A stretch of DNA of 32,000 nucleotides from Patescibacteria group bacterium (GCA_041674405.1 JBAYVT010000005.1:112284-144283), one strand, 5' to 3'; shown: positions 17,746-26,341, counted from the first letter of the stretch. Made by a program: numbers and translations. The notes: generated by a model from the sequence alone, not told the origin.

Positions 17746-19104
17746 CTATTTTAATTTTCCGCAAATATGTTCTGTAACTTTATCAATGGCGACCCGCTCC
17801 TGTTTCATTGTGTCGCGATCGCGAATTGTGACTGAATTGTCTTTTAAGGAATCAAAATCAACCGTCACGCACCAAGGGGTCCCGATCTCATCCTGCCTTC
17901 TATACCTTCGACCAACCGAGCCTGATTCGTCATAAAACACATTGAGCCCTGCGGCCTTAAGCTCATCCGATATCTTCTTGGCAACCTCTGGAAGCCCCTC
18001 TTTCTTCATGAGTGGGAAAACGGCAACTTTCACCGGTGCTAGCTTGGGGTGCAAACGTAGGGTCACCTCGCCGGATTCGCGGCCATCCGATCCATCGGAT
18101 TCATCATAGGCATCACAAAGGAAGGCGAGCAGTGCCCGGTCAATTCCCATCGAAGGCTCAACTACATACGGAATGAAGCGTTTGCCGCCTTGTTCATCGA
18201 AATACGAAAGATCTGTGCCTGAGAACTTTGTGTGTTGTGAAAGATCGAAATCAGTTCGCTGGGCAATCCCGGCAAGCTCAGATTGGCCAAACGGATATTT
18301 ATATTCGATATCAGACGTGCCGATCGAGTAATGCGACAGCTTCTCCTTCGGGTGTTCGTATATAGCTAAATTGTCCTCTTTGATGCCGAGATCGGTGTAG
18401 AAATGTTTTACCGCATCGATCCAGGTAGTGTACCACTTTTTAGATTCCTCTTTGTCAGGCGTGATGAAATACTCTATTTCAGCCTGCTCGAACTCACGCG
18501 TACGGAAAATATAGTTGCCAGGCGTGATTTCGTTCCTAAAAGCCTTTCCGATCTGGGCGATACCGAATGGGATTTTTTTTCTCGACGATTCAGTCACGTT
18601 TTTGAAGTTGACGAATATACCCTGGGCAGTCTCACCACGCAGATATGTGAGGGTAGAGCTGTCTTCTACAGGACCCAGGAATGTCTTTACGAGAATATTG
18701 AAACTCTTCTCCTCTGTAAGCTCGCCGCCGCAATCCGGGCAAACGTCTTTCTCGAGCTGATCGGCTCGGAATCTGTGATGGCACTTTTTGCACTCACGAA
18801 GAGGATCGGTGAAGCCTGATCCTGTGTGACCAGAAGCCTCCCAAACCTTCGCATTCATGATTATACCTGCATCGAGACCGACCATATCTTCGCGTGAAGT
18901 GACAAATTTCCTCCACCATTCGTCTTTCAGATTCCGCTTCATCTCCACGCCCAAGGGGCCAAAGTCGTACACTCCGCCGATTCCGCCATATATCTCGGAA
19001 GATTGGAATATAAATCCCCTTCTCTTGCAGAGCGAAATGATCTTATCCATTTTATCTCGAGAAGCGTCAGCGACGAGAGACGATTCCATATTTTCTTTGG
19101 CCAT
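17746..19104 (-). CDS. glyS: Glycyl-tRNA synthetase (homodimeric alpha2 type)
   Basis: ORF track. SSEIYGGIGGVYDFGPLGVEMKRNL, GIAQIGKAFRNEI, FRTREFEQAEIEYF, VVEPSMGIDRALLAFL. Confidence 0.94.
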   Translation of the reverse strand: MAKENMESSLVADASRDKMDKIISLCKRRGFIFQSSEIYGGIGGVYDFGPLGVEMKRNLKDEWWRKFVTSREDMVGLDAGIIMNAKVWEASGHTGSGFTDPLRECKKCHHRFRADQLEKDVCPDCGGELTEEKSFNILVKTFLGPVEDSSTLTYLRGETAQGIFVNFKNVTESSRKKIPFGIAQIGKAFRNEITPGNYIFRTREFEQAEIEYFITPDKEESKKWYTTWIDAVKHFYTDLGIKEDNLAIYEHPKEKLSHYSIGTSDIEYKYPFGQSELAGIAQRTDFDLSQHTKFSGTDLSYFDEQGGKRFIPYVVEPSMGIDRALLAFLCDAYDESDGSDGRESGEVTLRLHPKLAPVKVAVFPLMKKEGLPEVAKKISDELKAAGLNVFYDESGSVGRRYRRQDEIGTPWCVTVDFDSLKDNSVTIRDRDTMKQERVAIDKVTEHICGKLK

Positions 19105-19177
19105 TTTAGGTCCTTTTGCTATTTCTAGATTCAGAATATCATTTTATTGCCAAATTCACAATCTATAGCTATTTACC

Positions 19178-19206
19178 TTGACTATTTGCCGGTTTTATGA
19201 TATCGT
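19178..19206 (+). promoter_or_regulatory. Possible promoter for the GC-rich ORF 19257-20141
   Basis: TTGACT (19178-19183), 17-nt spacer, TATCGT (19201-19206). Strong SD AAGGAGG follows at about 19241-19247. Confidence 0.45.
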
Positions 19207-19256
19207 GCTTACGCACCCATAGGGTGACTACTGAATTGCCAAGGAGGCAAACCGCT

Positions 19257-20141
19257 ATGCCAGTTAAAACGTCGCACCTCAGAACCCCGTACGTCAGGCA
19301 GTTTCTCCAAGCGTTCGACATGGACCTCGGGTTACTAGATGACCTCGAGGCACTCGTCGAAGCCTGCTCGAGCCGCAACAAGCGCTTCGAGAGGGGCATG
19401 GACAAGGTCCGCTTCGAGTTCGAGCGGGACCAGTCCAAGTGGAATCAGTCCCAGTTGGATGCTATCTTCACGCTCTCCGAGCGTTGGAGAATGCGCCATG
19501 GGGAGACTCCCTTCAAGGAAGGGTCTTCCTACGACTTGATCGTTACTATGGGCGGAGCCAGACTCTCTCCGTGGCAGCGCGGTGCCTATGCCGCCTTGGC
19601 AATGTCCGAGGGTCGTGTGAAGGCTAGTACCTTGGTCATCGGCGGATCCAAACGGCACCTGCCGATGGCAGAGCTTCCGTTCATCACCGACTACGTCGAT
19701 GTTGAGCGGCTGGTGTCCGAACGCAACCACCAGACCTTCTTGGTCGGCGGCGAAGAGAAATCGTGCATCACTGAGCATGACCTCTGCCTGGCCGCAGAAG
19801 CCAAGCTCGTGAAGGCTCATCCCGATCTCCACATCGTCACGATCTGCGTAGACATGGAGAGGGCGGGCAACCACGATGTCATCGCTGAGGTCATGAACCA
19901 CAAGGAGCTCTTCCACTCCGACCGCGCACTATCCGTGGCTGGTGTGTCCACTCAGCTCTACGCGACCGGCCTGGACGCTGACCTCTGGCTGGACGCCGAC
20001 ACGCATGACTGGCGATACTACTCCGCAATCGGCCACCCGGTCGACCCGATCTACTCCGACCGCCGCACTCCGACCGTGTACTTCAACGAAATTCAGACGA
20101 CCATGTGCAAGAAGGCACTGGCCGAGCTCAAGGGCTACTAG
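19257..20141 (+). CDS. Hypothetical protein, possibly DUF218/YdcF-like Rossmann fold; GC-rich gene
   Basis: Track ORF 19197-20141. The start at 19257 (MPVKTSHLRTPY...) is preferred because AAGGAGG lies 9-10 nt upstream. YDLIVTMGGARLSPWQRGAYAAL...STLVIGG resembles the DUF218 core, but the assignment is weak. Confidence 0.6.
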   Translation: MPVKTSHLRTPYVRQFLQAFDMDLGLLDDLEALVEACSSRNKRFERGMDKVRFEFERDQSKWNQSQLDAIFTLSERWRMRHGETPFKEGSSYDLIVTMGGARLSPWQRGAYAALAMSEGRVKASTLVIGGSKRHLPMAELPFITDYVDVERLVSERNHQTFLVGGEEKSCITEHDLCLAAEAKLVKAHPDLHIVTICVDMERAGNHDVIAEVMNHKELFHSDRALSVAGVSTQLYATGLDADLWLDADTHDWRYYSAIGHPVDPIYSDRRTPTVYFNEIQTTMCKKALAELKGY

Positions 20142-20159
20142 CCCACAACTTACTGAGAT

Positions 20160-20220
20160 CCGCCTAGTGGCGGATAATGACTCTACCGCCGCAGGCGAGT
20201 CCCACTCCGGGGCTCGCCTG
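20160..20220 (+). terminator. Compound structured 3' end of the GC-rich gene; terminator-like
   Basis: CCGCC-TAGT-GGCGG (20160-20173) with a third arm CCGCC at 20186-20190. Then CAGGCGAGTCCC-ACTCC-GGGGCTCGCCTG (20192-20220), a 12-bp stem, followed by TTGCATTTTA. Confidence 0.6.
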
Positions 20221-20283
20221 TTGCATTTTATCGTCGAACAATCGACGATCGTTCATTTTTCGACGATGATCAAATATAAAAAA

Positions 20284-21021
20284 TTATTTCACATTATTCA
20301 AAAATTTTTTGCTTTTTAAATTCTTTTCCAAAATAGTTCGTATATACTCATCCAAAATTTGGTCTATTTCTTGCTCGATACTCTTGTCGAGCTTTAGTTT
20401 GCCAATGGTTTCAAAATCATTTTTCTCGATAAACCGCAGCGCTTTTATAAATTCGTTCGATATTTTTGTACCCCGACTGGTCGGGGCACAATTCTTGCAG
20501 ATTACTCCGCCCTCTAAATTGTCCCAATAGTTCTCCCCTTCGGTGATTTTTTCTTTGCAGTTTACACACTCATAAAACTCCGGCTGAAATCCTGCTGTTT
20601 CAATAAGTTTAAGGGCAAAGGCATTGATCAAAAAGTTCTTTTCATTTTTCTCGATAAGATCGAGAATTTGCGCGAGAATTTTGTAAGTTTGCTCTGATTT
20701 TTCGTTTTCATGCAGAAAATTATCGACAAGTTCGCCGGCTACATAGGCCTTCGCCATTTTGGGAAGATCGCAGTGCAATTTTGAAAATTCAGAAATAATT
20801 TCCGCGCCGGTGATTGTATAAAAAGTTTTGCCCTCATAAAGCTGAAAATCGACAACCATAAATGGCTCCAGGTGGCCGCCAAGCCTGGATGTGGATTTTC
20901 GGACTCCGCGCGAAATCGCCTTCACCTTACCAAATCGCTCCGTTAAAATCGTCAAAATACGATCGGCTTCGCCAAAATTCATACGTTTTATTACGATTCC
21001 ATTTGTTCTATATGAGTTCAT
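20284..21021 (-). CDS. recO: DNA repair protein RecO
   Basis: Track ORF 20284-21078. The start at 21021 (MNSYRTNGIVIKRMNFGEADRILTILTERFGK) gives an ATGA overlap with the upstream gene's stop. C-terminal CVNCKEK...CKNC motif. Confidence 0.88.
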   Translation of the reverse strand: MNSYRTNGIVIKRMNFGEADRILTILTERFGKVKAISRGVRKSTSRLGGHLEPFMVVDFQLYEGKTFYTITGAEIISEFSKLHCDLPKMAKAYVAGELVDNFLHENEKSEQTYKILAQILDLIEKNEKNFLINAFALKLIETAGFQPEFYECVNCKEKITEGENYWDNLEGGVICKNCAPTSRGTKISNEFIKALRFIEKNDFETIGKLKLDKSIEQEIDQILDEYIRTILEKNLKSKKFLNNVK

Positions 21022-21794
21022 TTTTGAATCGAAATATTTGAATATACAGCATAGGGCTTGTGGGATAACGTAGCCCACATCTGATCACCGAAAGAATAGT
21101 GCCACCACTCGGTAGGGTTATTTACAAACCCTTCTCCAAGCATCACCCAATACAAAAGCCGGCGATTTTCTCTGAATTCTATTTGTTCAGAATCTTCAAT
21201 TTCTAATTTTTCCAAGAAATCAGTGAAAACCGACTCTTCCATTTCATCAAATTTTGCTCCCATATTGAGAAATTCTTTCGAGCCGATTTTACATAAAGTT
21301 AGATCAACAGCAGCACCAGTGGTATGCGGCGGCGGCGATTTCGGGTCAACTTCCCATGTTCCATTCTTGTTCACGTAAGCCCAAAAATTATTAACTTCGT
21401 TTTTAATTTTTTCTTCTGACCAATCCTGATGTAATTTTTTGAAATGATGCGGTGCCCACTCATCGTGCATAAATTTCTGCACCTCCGGCGGCCGGTATGT
21501 GTCGCGAACAAAAAGCTCGACTCCGGCTGGTTTTAATTCCTGATTTATTTTGACTAATTTATCCGCAACAGTTTTTCGAGCAAAAAGATTTGGTATCGCA
21601 CCTAAGACCCTGCCGCCATCATCAAGTTTGAAATTGAAGTAATAATTTTCACCGGCGATGCCAAGTGTTAGAAGATCAACCACATCATCATCTTCTGGCT
21701 TGATAGGCAAATCTCTATAACCAAACTTTTGATTTCGAATATCATCAAGATTTGGTATCGGCGTATTTTTGAATTTTTCAATTTTTTGATTCAT
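21018..21794 (-). CDS. D-alanyl-D-alanine dipeptidase, VanX/DdpX family (peptidase M15D)
   Basis: ORF track. VRDTYRPPEVQKFM, PPPHTTGAAVDLTL (HxxGxAxD), NPTEWWHYSFGD (ExxH). Confidence 0.85.
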   Translation of the reverse strand: MNQKIEKFKNTPIPNLDDIRNQKFGYRDLPIKPEDDDVVDLLTLGIAGENYYFNFKLDDGGRVLGAIPNLFARKTVADKLVKINQELKPAGVELFVRDTYRPPEVQKFMHDEWAPHHFKKLHQDWSEEKIKNEVNNFWAYVNKNGTWEVDPKSPPPHTTGAAVDLTLCKIGSKEFLNMGAKFDEMEESVFTDFLEKLEIEDSEQIEFRENRRLLYWVMLGEGFVNNPTEWWHYSFGDQMWATLSHKPYAVYSNISIQK

Positions 21795-21799
21795 GTGCC

Positions 21800-22549
21800 T
21801 TAGTTCTTAATTCTGGATGTTAAAACATTTTCCACTTGTTGTAGTTGTTCTGGTGTGTTTATGCCGAGAACTTCGGTTTCGTCGGCAATTTTTACCGCAC
21901 TGATTTTTTTGCCCTGATCTTTAGCCATTTTTATGACATCCGTAAGGTAATATTCACCTTGCGTATTGTTGGTTTTAATATTTGCTAGATTTTTCCAAAG
22001 CCAGAGAGAGTCGAAAACATAAAAAGCCGGATTGCATTCTGTGGTTTTTAGCTGTTCTTCATCGCAATCTTTGTGTTCAATAATTGCATCAACGTTACCT
22101 TCAGTGTTTCGAATTATCCTGCCGTAGCCTGTCGGGTCAGAGTATTCCACGGTAAGCATTGCGATCGTTGGTTTTTCATTTGTGTATAGATCGATGAGAT
22201 TTTTGATCGTTTCGGGTTTGAATAATGGGGCATCGCCGCAACAAACTATGACCGCATCCGATTTGCCTTCCAGATTTACTCGCGCAGACATTGTCGCATG
22301 GCCAGTGCCGAGCTGTTCTTCCTGTACTGCATACTCAACCTGGTCTTTAAAATAATCGCGGACAATTTCTTGTTTATATCCCACAACAAGAACAATTTTC
22401 TTAAGGCCAGCATCGCATAACGATTGAATCAAATAACTTACTACCGGTTTACCATTCGCCTTAAACATGACTTTTGGGATTTCTGATCCATTTTCGCTAC
22501 CCATGCGTTTCCCCTTCCCTGCCGCGAGCACAACTGCTGCAATTTCCAT
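21800..22549 (-). CDS. Nucleotidyltransferase, GlmU N-terminal (UDP-GlcNAc pyrophosphorylase) type
   Basis: ORF track. VVLAAGKGKRMGSENGSEIPKVM, QLGTGHA-like EEQLGTGHATMSA, CCGDAPLF, YGRIIRN, GEYYLTD. The LbH acetyltransferase domain is absent. Confidence 0.85.
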   Translation of the reverse strand: MEIAAVVLAAGKGKRMGSENGSEIPKVMFKANGKPVVSYLIQSLCDAGLKKIVLVVGYKQEIVRDYFKDQVEYAVQEEQLGTGHATMSARVNLEGKSDAVIVCCGDAPLFKPETIKNLIDLYTNEKPTIAMLTVEYSDPTGYGRIIRNTEGNVDAIIEHKDCDEEQLKTTECNPAFYVFDSLWLWKNLANIKTNNTQGEYYLTDVIKMAKDQGKKISAVKIADETEVLGINTPEQLQQVENVLTSRIKN

Positions 22550-22591
22550 TTTGATTTCCTTTCAATTATTCATGCCCATTATATCAGAATT

Positions 22592-22615
22592 GGGCCCCGA
22601 CTATTGTCGGGGCCC
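22592..22615. terminator. Perfect 10-bp GC hairpin at the end of the 22601-22983 two-ORF unit
   Basis: GGGCCCCGAC-TATT-GTCGGGGCCC. The TAG stop of the 45-aa ORF overlaps the loop and stem edge (22601-22603). No long T tract. Confidence 0.6.
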
Positions 22616-22738
22616 TGTGCTCTCCTCCTCTCTCGGCGGAGGATCACCGAGCCAATACGCGAATGGCGGCTCGGCCAGTGGGTCATCTTTGAGTATCTCG
22701 GCCCAGGTTGTCTTCTCTTCGTTTGTCATCGCTCTCAT
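22601..22738 (-). CDS. Small hypothetical protein, 45 aa (below the track's length threshold)
   Basis: ATG at 22738: MRAMTNEEKTTWAEILKDDPLAEPPFAYWLGDPPPREEESTGPRQ*. SD-like AAGGAG overlaps the stop of the upstream ORF. GC-rich. Confidence 0.5.
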   Translation of the reverse strand: MRAMTNEEKTTWAEILKDDPLAEPPFAYWLGDPPPREEESTGPRQ

Positions 22739-22752
22739 GATTTCGACACTCC

Positions 22753-22983
22753 TTAGCAAGACAGATGTTGCCAGCGGCCAGTGCCGTCAGCGTACGAACG
22801 CATGCACTTTCCATGGCCACAGCCGATTTCTCCGCATGCAACGCACCTTTTGAGGCTATTGCGCTCTCTGCCAGTTTTCTTGGACGGAGCATGTAAACCC
22901 GCGTCACAGTGGGGGCATTTTCCCCCGTTCGCGGTGATTCTCCAGCTGCGGTTCCTTCTGTTCTGACGCTTGCTTGTCGCCAT
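22753..22983 (-). CDS. Hypothetical small zinc-ribbon-like protein, 76 aa, GC-rich
   Basis: ORF track. Strong SD CAAGGAGGCCAGG before ATG; CPHC ... CVAC cysteine pairs (MATSKRQNRRNRSWRITANGGKCPHCDAG...KRCVACGEIGCGHGKC). Confidence 0.55.
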   Translation of the reverse strand: MATSKRQNRRNRSWRITANGGKCPHCDAGLHAPSKKTGRERNSLKRCVACGEIGCGHGKCMRSYADGTGRWQHLSC

Positions 22984-23053
22984 CCTGGCCTCCTTGGCTG
23001 TTTGGTTTCGAAAAGCTTAACCGGTTTAAGCCCTTCGAGCCAAAAACAAAAAA

Positions 23054-23068
23054 CCGCCCTAGTGGCGG
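23054..23068 (-). terminator. Terminator of the CYTH gene
   Basis: Minus strand GGCCGCCACTAGGGCGGTTTTTT: CCGCC/GGCGG stem followed by a T6 tract. Confidence 0.75.
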
Positions 23069-23173
23069 CCTTTTGAAAAATATTTTTAAATCAAATTAAA
23101 TAAGCCGCCGAGTAGTCGGAATAAGTAGATTGACTTGAATTGCGCGGCATTTGATATTCATATTGAGTTGATA

Positions 23174-23665
23174 TTACCCTTTATTCATATAGTTTGCAAT
23201 ATCGGCAAACTTCTTGCCGGCTAGCGATTGGTTGGTTGCCCAGTCCTCTTCGGTAACTTCTCTCCCAAACCATTTTGGTTTTTCAAACGACTTGGCAGTT
23301 TCTTCGTCTGTAGTCGACACCTCGATCAGTGCCAAACCGTCAAGATCGCCTTCAAACTCATCAATCATTATCTCAAGGCTGGGATCATCTTTGTATGCAT
23401 ATCTTTTCTTTTTAATGGTTTTCGTCACCACTTTCCAGATTCGGTCAAACTCTTCCTTGTTGATTTCAACTTCAAATTCTTCCCTGTATCGCTTATCGCC
23501 AGGGATCGCCATCAATTTTCTGGTGATAAAAAACTTGTCTCCAATTTTTCGGACACGTGTGGCATCCTCAGCATTTGAAAGGTAGCCCTGCTCTATCTCT
23601 GATGATTTTAGTTTGCCAAGTTCCGGTAATTCCGTTGCCAAATAGGTCGATTCGATGTTAATCAT
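23174..23665 (-). CDS. CYTH-domain (triphosphate tunnel metalloenzyme) family protein
   Basis: ORF track. Pattern of IEQGYLS, RVRKIGDKFFITRK, REEFEVEINKEEFDRIW, KKRYAY, LEIMIDEFEGDLDGLALIEVS, FGREVTEEDWATNQSLAGK. Confidence 0.8.
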   Translation of the reverse strand: MINIESTYLATELPELGKLKSSEIEQGYLSNAEDATRVRKIGDKFFITRKLMAIPGDKRYREEFEVEINKEEFDRIWKVVTKTIKKKRYAYKDDPSLEIMIDEFEGDLDGLALIEVSTTDEETAKSFEKPKWFGREVTEEDWATNQSLAGKKFADIANYMNKG

Positions 23666-23672
23666 GTTCCTC

Positions 23673-24407
23673 CTAATTTGTATTCTTAAAATTCAATCTC
23701 TTTGAAGTAGCTTCAAACTCGCCTGCAATATCATCGGTTAGTAATCTTGCATTAATCATATCTCGCACAGCATGCAAATAGTGATCAAAAACATCCGCGT
23801 CGTAAAGTCTAACTTCATGATCGCCGAGATTTTTGATTTTCCAGCCGCTGTTGGCGTAGTGGCTTAGCTCCAATGTTCTTACTTGGAGTAAAGATAAGTT
23901 TCTGACCAGCCCCTGGATTGCCTGCTCGCAAAGTTCGGCGAGTACGATTTTCGGTTTGATAATCTGTTCCGTTTTTACCGACAAAAGTTTCTCGTACCGT
24001 TCCACAAATCCGGCGATATCCGATTTTTTTAATTTGCCGTCCCTGAGAAGAAATTTAATTCTCTTCAATAAATCATGCTGACCCTGGGTTAGGGTAAATG
24101 CTCCAACAAGTAATTCACGGGGAACTTCTGTTTCGGAATTGATAGGGTAGTAACCATGTTGCTCGTTCTTATAACGATTTATCCAACCGACTATCTCTCG
24201 TTTTTGCTCATCAAATTTGATGTCGCTGTCTTTTGCTACCCGGAAGCAACCGTCATCCTTATAAACAAAGATCCCACCACCGATCCCTGAATAGGGCAAG
24301 GTCATTTCCGGATTGGTCGAGAAGGTTGCTCGACCGTCGATAATTGAAAGGCCGTCATTGACTATTCGTTCAATAGCAGCCTTTTTTGTTCCGTGAAAAT
24401 AAAGCAT
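23673..24407 (-). CDS. Hypothetical protein with ADP-ribosyltransferase-like N-terminal signature
   Basis: ORF track. MLYFHGTKKAAIERIVNDGLSIIDGRATFSTNPEMTLPYSGIGGGIFVY resembles HGT...I..GL...FST ART-fold motifs; not a firm assignment. Confidence 0.4.
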   Translation of the reverse strand: MLYFHGTKKAAIERIVNDGLSIIDGRATFSTNPEMTLPYSGIGGGIFVYKDDGCFRVAKDSDIKFDEQKREIVGWINRYKNEQHGYYPINSETEVPRELLVGAFTLTQGQHDLLKRIKFLLRDGKLKKSDIAGFVERYEKLLSVKTEQIIKPKIVLAELCEQAIQGLVRNLSLLQVRTLELSHYANSGWKIKNLGDHEVRLYDADVFDHYLHAVRDMINARLLTDDIAGEFEATSKRLNFKNTN

Positions 24408-24449
24408 AAGAAATCATTTCTTGCATACAAATTGTCCGAAAATCTAGTC

Positions 24450-25337
24450 TTAGCGCTGGCAGGCAGGACAAAAGTGCGTTCCGCGCCCCCCCAAAGTTAT
24501 TCTTTTAATTTTTCCGCCACATTTTTTGGGGCAATTCTCACCCGTTTTCCTGTACACCTTCAGATGTTTGTGAGCCTCGCCAGGGGTTCCGTCGGCTTTA
24601 ACATATGTATCAGCAGAAGATCCGCCGTATTTCAATCCAAGCTTTAATGATTTTATTATACCAGAAATAATTTTTTTCCATTCTGCGTCTTTGATATCTT
24701 TTACTTTCCGTGTAGGAATTATCCCGGCACAAAACAACGATTCGTCAGCATAAATATTCCCAATCCCTGCAATAATTGATTGATCCATCAGAAATAATTT
24801 GATTGGTCTATTGGGGATTTTTTTCGCTCGGTTTTTTAAATATTCTACTGAAAATTCACTCGAAAACGGATCGATACCGATATTCGCAAGTTCTTTAGTT
24901 TTTAGATTCTTTAGTTCTTCAGTTGAATACGACCTAACGTAACCAAACCGGCGCAGATCATTGAAATACAAAACACTTTCATCGTCGAAATGAAAAATTG
25001 CTCGCGTATATTTACCCGGCATTTTTTCATGCCAATCTTTCGATGGATGGCCGCCAGCCGTGCGATTGCGCAGGCAAAATTCTTTCTCTCCGGCACATTT
25101 TTCCCAAATAAGCTGACCGGTCATTTTCATATGAATTAGGATTGATTTTTTCGAATCCAATTTAAAAAGAAGCATTTTCGCGATTCGATCCACATTCAAA
25201 ATCTTTGCTCCAATGACATCTTCTGGCTTAAGCTGTACGACTTTAGAATCGCGCGATTCGAAATCAGATATCGTTTTTCCCTTGATCTTGGCAACCAGCC
25301 CTTTTCTGATTGTCTCTACTTCTGGTAGCTCTGGCAT
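24450..25337 (-). CDS. mutM: Formamidopyrimidine-DNA glycosylase
   Basis: ORF track. MPELPEVETIRKGL, GIGNIYADESLF, C-terminal zinc finger CPKKCGGKIKRITLGGRGTHFCPACQR. Confidence 0.96.
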   Translation of the reverse strand: MPELPEVETIRKGLVAKIKGKTISDFESRDSKVVQLKPEDVIGAKILNVDRIAKMLLFKLDSKKSILIHMKMTGQLIWEKCAGEKEFCLRNRTAGGHPSKDWHEKMPGKYTRAIFHFDDESVLYFNDLRRFGYVRSYSTEELKNLKTKELANIGIDPFSSEFSVEYLKNRAKKIPNRPIKLFLMDQSIIAGIGNIYADESLFCAGIIPTRKVKDIKDAEWKKIISGIIKSLKLGLKYGGSSADTYVKADGTPGEAHKHLKVYRKTGENCPKKCGGKIKRITLGGRGTHFCPACQR

Positions 25338-25345
25338 AAAAATTC

Positions 25346-26341
25346 CTAATTTTCCAAATAAGTAATCACGGGCATTTTCTTAACTTTTTTAACGACTGCT
25401 CCCAATTTTTGACTCGCAGCTTTCATAATCCTTGCAACAGATTCCTGCTCTTCAGTATCGAGCTCTTCCCAGAAAACAGAGTTTCCCGTTTCAAGTGACA
25501 ACAATTCTATCACATCATTCGCCGTTAATGGACCAGACTGCAACTCTTCTCTTGGCCTCGTTTCGAGTGATACTACTAGAGCATCTGTCATATCTTCTTC
25601 TGCTATCTTACGTTCTGCTAATTTTATTCCACCCAAGAGGGTTTGCCCATCCGGAGTCGAAGCATATTCTTCCTTCCATTCGGCAGGAACAAAGAATCCA
25701 CTCTCGTGCAACATTCTCATCGCTTGCTGCGGGTCAAGGACACCTGCCCCATTAGCGCGAACAAATTCGGCAAATCGAGTCGTTAGCTTAGGCAAATTGT
25801 ATCTGTAAGCTTCGAAATCGCGATCGTAAATTGTAAATAACTTATCCAAATCTCCGAAGTTGATTTCTTGCTCCTCGTTTTCTCTATTATAATTTTCCGC
25901 CCATTCGGACAATGAATGGCCGGTAGCCTTCGCATAAAATTTCTTCATTTCATCAGCAAGAAAGGCAACGCTAGCAAGATCAACATCCGCCTCTTTGGCT
26001 GTGCCTTGCCACAGATAATGCCGTAGCACTCGGAGAGAAGTCTCTCCTAGAGAATATTTGGTTTTTCCAACTGAATTAATTTGGTCCAGAACTGATTGTG
26101 CCTCTCGTAAAAATCCTAGATTGACATCTAACTCTTCTTTCTCAACTTCGGCAAAAATTCTGCGCGTTACATGTGACATAGCATTCTCATGAGATTCACC
26201 AAAAACGATCTCACCTTCCGGGTAGAAACGCCCTATTATTGGTTCGCAAACTTCAGCAAATTCTTGTGTTTCTCTCTCCCTTTGCTCAGGAGTTTTCATT
26301 TCTTCGCGCTTGATACCTCTCTCATCATTTGGATCAATCAT
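25346..26341 (-). CDS. Hypothetical acidic protein, 331 aa
   Basis: ORF track; long ORF preceded by an extended -10-like TGGTATAAT; no family recognised. Confidence 0.6.
   Translation of the reverse strand: MIDPNDERGIKREEMKTPEQRERETQEFAEVCEPIIGRFYPEGEIVFGESHENAMSHVTRRIFAEVEKEELDVNLGFLREAQSVLDQINSVGKTKYSLGETSLRVLRHYLWQGTAKEADVDLASVAFLADEMKKFYAKATGHSLSEWAENYNRENEEQEINFGDLDKLFTIYDRDFEAYRYNLPKLTTRFAEFVRANGAGVLDPQQAMRMLHESGFFVPAEWKEEYASTPDGQTLLGGIKLAERKIAEEDMTDALVVSLETRPREELQSGPLTANDVIELLSLETGNSVFWEELDTEEQESVARIMKAASQKLGAVVKKVKKMPVITYLEN

Noticed and set aside
18403-18819. Track ORF, 138 aa plus, antisense to glyS
   Set aside because: Shadow ORF of a conserved synthetase gene with no supporting features.
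19335-19916. Track ORF, 193 aa minus inside cassette A
   Set aside because: Antisense to the ORF with the strong SD (19257-20141); long open frames on the opposite strand are expected in GC-rich DNA.
22683-22907. Alternative 74-aa minus ORF overlapping the 76-aa Cys-containing ORF
   Set aside because: The competing frame has a strong AAGGAGG SD and cysteine pairs; this frame lacks a comparable SD. Kept only as a possible refutation target.
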